Positions 15,498-20,000 of a stretch of 20,000 nucleotides of DNA are shown piece after piece (positions within the stretch are counted from its first letter, which is position 1; the number at the start of each line of letters is the position of its first letter). Source of the stretch: an uncultured virus (IMG/VR IMGVR_UViG_3300044616_002167) (lineage: Duplodnaviria > Heunggongvirae > Uroviricota > Caudoviricetes); IMG/VR virus record IMGVR_UViG_3300044616_002167; one strand, given 5' to 3'. Position numbers and translations under genes: made by a program. Below the pieces are notes generated by a model. The model was not told the DNA's origin. It did no database searches and saw only the letters and a list, made by a program, of their open reading frames with translations.

Positions 15498-16238
15498 TCA
15501 GACCGCTAGCGCGGCGCCCATCAGCAGCCCGTTGAGCCGCATGGATCGCCGCGAATACTGGAACGGGTCGCCGCTCACCTCCGGGGCCGACATCGGCCGG
15601 GTGAAGGCGTTCTGCAAGGTCCAGAAGGACCGCTTCGAGAACTGCGGGATCGCCAGGCTGCGCCACCGTTCGAGGACGGGGCCGACCTGGCGGATCGTGA
15701 TGACATCCTGCTCGTAGGCCCTCAGGATGAGAGCCTCCGCCAGAGTTTCCGGCACCTCTTTCTGCTCCAGATACCGAATCCTTTCGGACTCGCTTTGCTG
15801 GAATAGGTTGAGGGTCGAGACGGCGAGCTGGATCCCTTCCGAGAACCGCTCCGCCCCGTGCCGGGTATGCTTCTTGGCGACGACAACATCGCTGACAAAC
15901 GACAGATTGTCGCAGACAAGGCAGTGAGAACCGGCGCAAAAGCCGATGGGAAAACTTTTGTCATAGGAGTTCCTCACACCGACCATGAGCATGGTCTCAT
16001 CACCTATCGCAGACCCCAGGGTGAGCACCCCGAAGAAACGGTTGTTGCTTCGGGAGACCGCATAGGACTCTTGCGAGACCTTGAACCCGGCGCCCGTCAG
16101 GATCTCCTTGGTTTCCATGACCACATCGCTGTGCGCCACGGGAAACCACCTGCCCTTTGGCTCCGGCGGTCTCATCTCCGCAATCTCGTCGAGGCCCGCC
16201 TGTCGGGAGCCCCGCATCATCAAAACCTCTCCAGCCAT
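15498..16238 (-). CDS. DUF932-family protein (plasmid/phage mobile-element protein)
   Basis: WFPVAH, RFFGVL, VGVRNSYDKS, LVCDNLSF, KKHT and WTLQNAFT motifs. Likely start ATG 16238. Confidence 0.85.
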   Translation of the reverse strand: MAGEVLMMRGSRQAGLDEIAEMRPPEPKGRWFPVAHSDVVMETKEILTGAGFKVSQESYAVSRSNNRFFGVLTLGSAIGDETMLMVGVRNSYDKSFPIGFCAGSHCLVCDNLSFVSDVVVAKKHTRHGAERFSEGIQLAVSTLNLFQQSESERIRYLEQKEVPETLAEALILRAYEQDVITIRQVGPVLERWRSLAIPQFSKRSFWTLQNAFTRPMSAPEVSGDPFQYSRRSMRLNGLLMGAALAV

Positions 16239-16380
16239 GGCCTTATGACCCTCGGTCGAGGGGCGGCCGTGGAAAGAACCTTCCACTGGAACGCCAACCC
16301 CTCAAAGGTTTGAAGGGTCGTGCATGAAATCTTCTACCCGCGGCGGAGGCTTGCACGATTCCGCAGGATGATCAAGGGAA

Positions 16381-17049
16381 TCACCCGGGCGGGTAAGATC
16401 GCATGAGCTCAATCATCTCCGGGCTGGAGGATACGAGCGCTGGGACGGGCTTGATGCGCTTCCTGACGCAGCGCCGCCAGTCGATCGGCTGGAGCCGGAG
16501 CTGCTTTCGGCAGCGGTTGAGGAAGTTCAGAATGCGGAACACGTCGTCCCGGACTCCCTTGAAGGGCAAAAACGGCAGCCGCCAGAAGAACGACTCCCAG
16601 GACCTTGCCGACCAGCCTACGCGCTCGAGCACGAGACGCTGATAGCGCTTGATGGTGTTTCGGTGGAGCTTGACCAGGACCTTCTTGCTCTGGCGGTTGA
16701 CGGACAGGGAATATCCGCCGACCACGATGGCGTTCTCCCGGGCGTCGAGGAACTCCTCGCGCTGGAAGAACTCCCCCTTGCCGTGCGTGGCCAGAAGGAT
16801 GAAGAACCTGCCGGAGCGGAGGTATCGGACGGTCGCCCTGCCGCCGCGGCGCCTGCGCCTGGCTCGGTCCTTGGGCATGTGGCAGGCGTAGCGCAGAATG
16901 AGCCTGGCGTCGGTGAGTTCGGGGTCCTTGGCCTCGGGGATGACGCCGGAGACATGGAACCAGTAGCCGTGCGGGAGCAGGTTGCAGGCGAGGAGCTGCA
17001 CGAGCCGGTGGTCGTCCTTTGCGAGGTAGTGGTGGTTCAGTCCCTTCAT
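16381..17049 (-). CDS. Basic hypothetical protein (222 aa) of a mobile-element family, likely nucleic-acid binding
   Basis: GYWFHVSGVIPEAKDP, RRRRRGG..VRYLR, FILLATHG, GGYSL and LPFLPFKGVR blocks look like conserved family motifs; very Arg-rich. Confidence 0.75.
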   Translation of the reverse strand: MKGLNHHYLAKDDHRLVQLLACNLLPHGYWFHVSGVIPEAKDPELTDARLILRYACHMPKDRARRRRRGGRATVRYLRSGRFFILLATHGKGEFFQREEFLDARENAIVVGGYSLSVNRQSKKVLVKLHRNTIKRYQRLVLERVGWSARSWESFFWRLPFLPFKGVRDDVFRILNFLNRCRKQLRLQPIDWRRCVRKRIKPVPALVSSSPEMIELMRSYPPG

Positions 17050-17767
17050 GTCGGATTCAGTGGGGGGTGTTCAACTGGCGGCACACCCCCGAAAGCCGCC
17101 GAGAAACCATCGCCCGCCCGTCCGAAGGGATCGTCCCCGCCGTGCAGGACATCAGCCGTTCGGGTCAACCTCGCGCCGTGGGGGCTGTCGTCGTCTGTTG
17201 AGAACGCGGCGGAGACTGCCCTGCCTCCCCTGCGCCGGGCCTCCGGCCCGCTCCTACCCGCCCCGCGCAATCCCCGCCCAAAACCTTGTCGAACTTCCAA
17301 GGGCGGGGTCCCGGTGTTGGCGGCGAGCTTCTCCGGGGGGTGGCGTCGTGAGCGGCTTTACCCGCCGCCGGGTCCGGTGGCGAAGCCCGGCGTTCCCGCC
17401 GGGCCCGTTCCCTATGAAGGTTTCGCGGGCAGGAAAGTACAAGGGTCCCGCTACCGTCCACCGTCACTCCCGAGTTCCAGTCTGGCCCCGCCTCCCTTCC
17501 GGAGCTGACCCGCGGCCGTTGTGCTACCTCCCGCGGCTCTCGCCGCGGAATCCCGGCGCGGGCGGCGTCGAAGGTTTCCCGACCCCGCCGGCGGGATTCG
17601 TCACCCGCTTCGCTTGCCGCCGTTCCCGTCGCATTTTTTTCCGTGTGGAAAAGTTTCCCGCACCCGCCGGGCACCTCTCGATGCGGCGGGCGCTACGCGC
17701 GCGAAGCGGAACGCCGTTTCTCGCTTTCCGGGGAGGCTACATTTTTGGCGGGTGAAAAGCCACAGAC

Positions 17768-18007
17768 CTAATCCGGGTCGTTTTCGGCGACAAGCCCGTG
17801 CCGTTTGGCGACGGATGCGAGCGACACCTCCCTCGCCGACACGAAATCCATCAGGGAGCGCAAAGCCTCGCGCTTCGCAAAGGCGACGAGCCGCGGCAGC
17901 TCGCCCTGGGATTCCTCGACGAGAATTTCCAGATTCCTCTGGCAGTGCTCGATCCACTCCCAGAGTTCGAGGGCGTCCACGAAGTAAGGTTCCTTGCCCC
18001 CGCCCAT
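17768..18007 (-). CDS. Hypothetical helical protein (79 aa)
   Basis: ATG 18007 overlaps the upstream stop (TGATG); natural composition. Confidence 0.65.
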   Translation of the reverse strand: MGGGKEPYFVDALELWEWIEHCQRNLEILVEESQGELPRLVAFAKREALRSLMDFVSAREVSLASVAKRHGLVAENDPD

Positions 18008-18228
18008 CAGACATGGGCGTCGCACGGCGGCGGCGCCTTCGGCCGGACGGAATGCGGCAGGGCCGAGCCGCAGATGAACGCAAGCGCTGCCAGCGAGAGG
18101 AACGCCAGCGTCAGGAGGATCATGCCCGCCAGCGTCCCGGGTCGGGGCTGGTTGTCTAGGAGTGGGGAGTCAAGCCGGACCTCGAATGTCTTGCCGTTGC
18201 GCGTGACCTTGGTGGTTTTAGTTCTCAT
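18007..18228 (-). CDS. Small single-TM protein (73 aa)
   Basis: Basic N-terminus plus hydrophobic helix LAGMILLTLAFLSLAALAFIC; overlaps both neighbours. Confidence 0.65.
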   Translation of the reverse strand: MRTKTTKVTRNGKTFEVRLDSPLLDNQPRPGTLAGMILLTLAFLSLAALAFICGSALPHSVRPKAPPPCDAHV

Positions 18229-18442
18229 CTGTCGCCCCGTCGAAAGCCAGGCTTTCCATGGATTGGGTCTCTATGACGGTGGCGAGCACCGCCTCGATCG
18301 GGTTGACCCCGCGACGGTGGAGCTCATCCCAGTAGATGCCGCCGAACGAGTCGGAGTCCCTTTCGAGGCAAAACCTTAGGTACCTATTGACGCAATTAAG
18401 CCACTCCTGGAGCGGCGGTTTCTTGATCTCACCGATTGCCAT
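18218..18442 (-). CDS. Hypothetical protein (74 aa)
   Basis: Strong AGGAGG RBS and ATG start. Confidence 0.7.
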   Translation of the reverse strand: MAIGEIKKPPLQEWLNCVNRYLRFCLERDSDSFGGIYWDELHRRGVNPIEAVLATVIETQSMESLAFDGATDEN

Positions 18443-18518
18443 GTCGTCCTCCTGTTTGATTGACAGGAAGGACGATCGCCTTTTTTCGGATAGAACGGAA
18501 GCGGCGAAAAATAGAACG

Positions 18519-18794
18519 CTATGACTTCCGCTTCTTTTTCTTGATTTCCTTGTGCGCCAGTCCCACGGTCAGGAACGACAGGCCGACGTCGTCGAGGAAC
18601 GTCGACACCTGGTCGATGACATGGGCGGCCACTGGAATCCATGCGACATGCGGGAACGCCGGGGCGACCTCCTCCAGTCCGTGCAGGACGGCGGAGATGA
18701 TGACGGCCACGCCGCCGATGACGGTCTTCTTGCCGTCAAGCTGGCGTCCGAGCCACGAGTCCGAGAGAAGGTAGGTGAAGATTCTTCCAAGCAT
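18519..18794 (-). CDS. Holin-like small membrane protein (91 aa)
   Basis: LDGKKTVIG followed by hydrophobic helices and a highly basic tail (HKEIKKKKRKS). Downstream of a lysozyme; AGGGGG RBS. Confidence 0.6.
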   Translation of the reverse strand: MLGRIFTYLLSDSWLGRQLDGKKTVIGGVAVIISAVLHGLEEVAPAFPHVAWIPVAAHVIDQVSTFLDDVGLSFLTVGLAHKEIKKKKRKS

Positions 18795-18835
18795 GTTCCC
18801 CCTGGTTGATGGGTTGTGGGAAAAGCCTAGCACGT

Positions 18836-19681
18836 TCAGCGACCCGAGCGCATGTACCAGAGAAGGATGAGGAACTCGGCGGCCCGTGGACGGGTCTTTC
18901 GCCTTCCGGGAGGCTCGAAGGTTCTTTTTCCGGGTTCCAGGAGGTTGAACCCGGGAGCCCAGATGAAGGCGAGGTCGGCCCGGCTGGCCGCCCGATTGAA
19001 GGCCTCCTGCTCGACCTCCAGGATGTCGTCCCCGTCGGTGTCGATGACGCAGCGTCCCGTTGGGGGGCATCTCGGCGCCGCCCCGTGCACCTCGCAGGTT
19101 GTCCCCGGCAGGCAGGGGCCCCGGAGCGGGTTGTCCACAAAGGATGACGGGGGCAGCCCCGGGAACGCGGCTTGCGTCTCTTCCAGGAGGACTTTGCGCG
19201 CCGCCGGTGACAGCGGGCATTCCAGGCACGGGCTCAGGAGGATCTCGGTCCGGGCGTCGGCTGCGTCCAGGGTTCTCCGGGCGTTCAAGAGGTTCCGGCG
19301 GAAGCGCCCAATGACGCCCCTGGAGCGTCGGAGCACCTTGCGCTCGGCGCTGGCGACGGTCTCGCCCATGAACGGCTCTCCCCTCATGCACCGCCTCCCG
19401 CGCTCGGGGAAGCAGGTGCCGTTGGCGAGGTGGACCCTGACGGTTTTTGGGCCCGGCAGGGCGAGGAACCTCCGCGGGCACTTACATTCGGAGCCGAAGG
19501 TCCTGACGAGCCAGCCGACCCTCGGCACTGGGGCTCCGCGCAGGGCTGTGAGGCTCTCTTCGCAGGGCCAAAACCTGGAGCACATGGCGATGTAGGATGC
19601 GCCGAAGTTGTTCACCTGTGATGAGGCCGCTGCTGGGGCGAGCAGCATGGCGAGGGCGATGACGGCGGCTTTAATCCTCAT
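18836..19681 (-). CDS. Secreted cysteine-rich protein (281 aa), possible TIM-barrel hydrolase
   Basis: Signal peptide MRIKAAVIALAMLLAPAAASS, 12 Cys, alternating beta/alpha pattern. GGAGGAG RBS; overlaps the lysozyme end. Confidence 0.7.
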   Translation of the reverse strand: MRIKAAVIALAMLLAPAAASSQVNNFGASYIAMCSRFWPCEESLTALRGAPVPRVGWLVRTFGSECKCPRRFLALPGPKTVRVHLANGTCFPERGRRCMRGEPFMGETVASAERKVLRRSRGVIGRFRRNLLNARRTLDAADARTEILLSPCLECPLSPAARKVLLEETQAAFPGLPPSSFVDNPLRGPCLPGTTCEVHGAAPRCPPTGRCVIDTDGDDILEVEQEAFNRAASRADLAFIWAPGFNLLEPGKRTFEPPGRRKTRPRAAEFLILLWYMRSGR

Positions 19682-20000
19682 ACGGGAACTCCTCCCGGAC
19701 GATCATGCCGACGACGCGCCCGGCGCGGGCCGGCGAGTCCTTGGCGGCCCATTTCGAGGCCAGCAGGTGCTTCTCGACCCTTTGCCAGTTTTCGGAGCGC
19801 GCGTGGTCGAGCGTGTTGCGGAAGGAGAGCATCCCTCCCTTGCCGAGCTGGAAGCGGAAGTTCACCCAGCCTAGGCGGCGGACCTCGCCCCATGAGTTCC
19901 AGAGAGCCGTGCCGAAGATCTCCTCGCAGTCGCGGGTGGCGCGGGCGATGTCGTTGTCGAGCAGGATGTAGGCCTCGGCCCGGGAGATGCCGACATCGTC
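19671..20000 (-). CDS. T4-like (GH24) lysozyme/endolysin, C-terminal part (cut by window edge)
   Basis: Frame is open from base 20000: DDVGISRAEAYILLDNDI...VRRLGWVNFRFQLGKGGMLSF...W......LLASKWA..SPARAGRV, matching the T4 lysozyme C-lobe pattern (LxNMxFQMG, SRWxxQTPNRA). Confidence 0.85.
   Translation of the reverse strand, partial: DDVGISRAEAYILLDNDIARATRDCEEIFGTALWNSWGEVRRLGWVNFRFQLGKGGMLSFRNTLDHARSENWQRVEKHLLASKWAAKDSPARAGRVVGMIVREEFPYED

Larger units (their letters stand above)
13053..20000. mobile_element. Prophage or phage-plasmid-like element starting at the tRNA-Arg att site
   Basis: Integrase beside the tRNA, DUF932, small coupled ORFs, holin-like and lysozyme genes; visibly more GC-rich from ~15 kb onward. 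Confidence 0.65.

Noticed and set aside
16663..18379. Long ORFs 16663-17508, 17048-17755, 17165-17674, 17521-18159, 17798-18379
   Set aside because: P/R/G/A-biased translations typical of stop-poor high-GC DNA, or antisense to better-supported genes.
18795..19481. N-terminal 229 aa of the 320-aa ORF 18519-19481
   Set aside because: Out-of-frame overlap with 18836-19681; only the last 91 aa (ATG 18794 with RBS) look like a real protein.
1..20000. Complete DGR (template repeat, reverse transcriptase, Avd)
   Set aside because: By eye I found no AAC-rich second copy of 4492-4640 and no ORF with RT motifs (YxDD in RT context); only a candidate target is present.

Overview
An entirely accessory (mobile) window, probably from a planctomycete (Gemmataceae-like). 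That host call is an inference from a TIGR02996-like motif and the style of the integrase and coupling protein. The left part (1-12775) looks like an ICE/IME. It holds the 3' end of a type I R-M hsdR, a TraD/TrwB-type coupling ATPase, a 655-bp cassette bounded by an 18-bp direct repeat, and an FGE-sulfatase (CLec-fold) gene whose 3' end looks like a DGR variable region, with no template repeat or RT in the window. It also holds a tightly coupled minus-strand operon: TerY-like vWA, kinase lacking the beta3 Lys, TrwC-like relaxase-helicase with its catalytic motifs eroded but the frame intact, two membrane proteins, a secreted coiled-coil protein, two small ORFs and two Xis-like HTHs. An HTH regulator is transcribed divergently from it. 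The centre (12910-13300) is a tRNA-Arg(CCT) with an intact 5' half and a decayed 3' half, flanked on both sides by TGTCCCC arm-type repeats, i.e. an attP-like junction. The right part (13358-20000) has a tyrosine integrase, a membrane protein, plasmid/phage-type genes (PC4/SSB-like, DUF932), a ~700-bp GC-rich non-coding tract, and a phage-type lysis region (holin-like, Cys-rich secreted protein, T4-like lysozyme cut by the window edge). All family calls come from motif recognition by eye; no searches were run.
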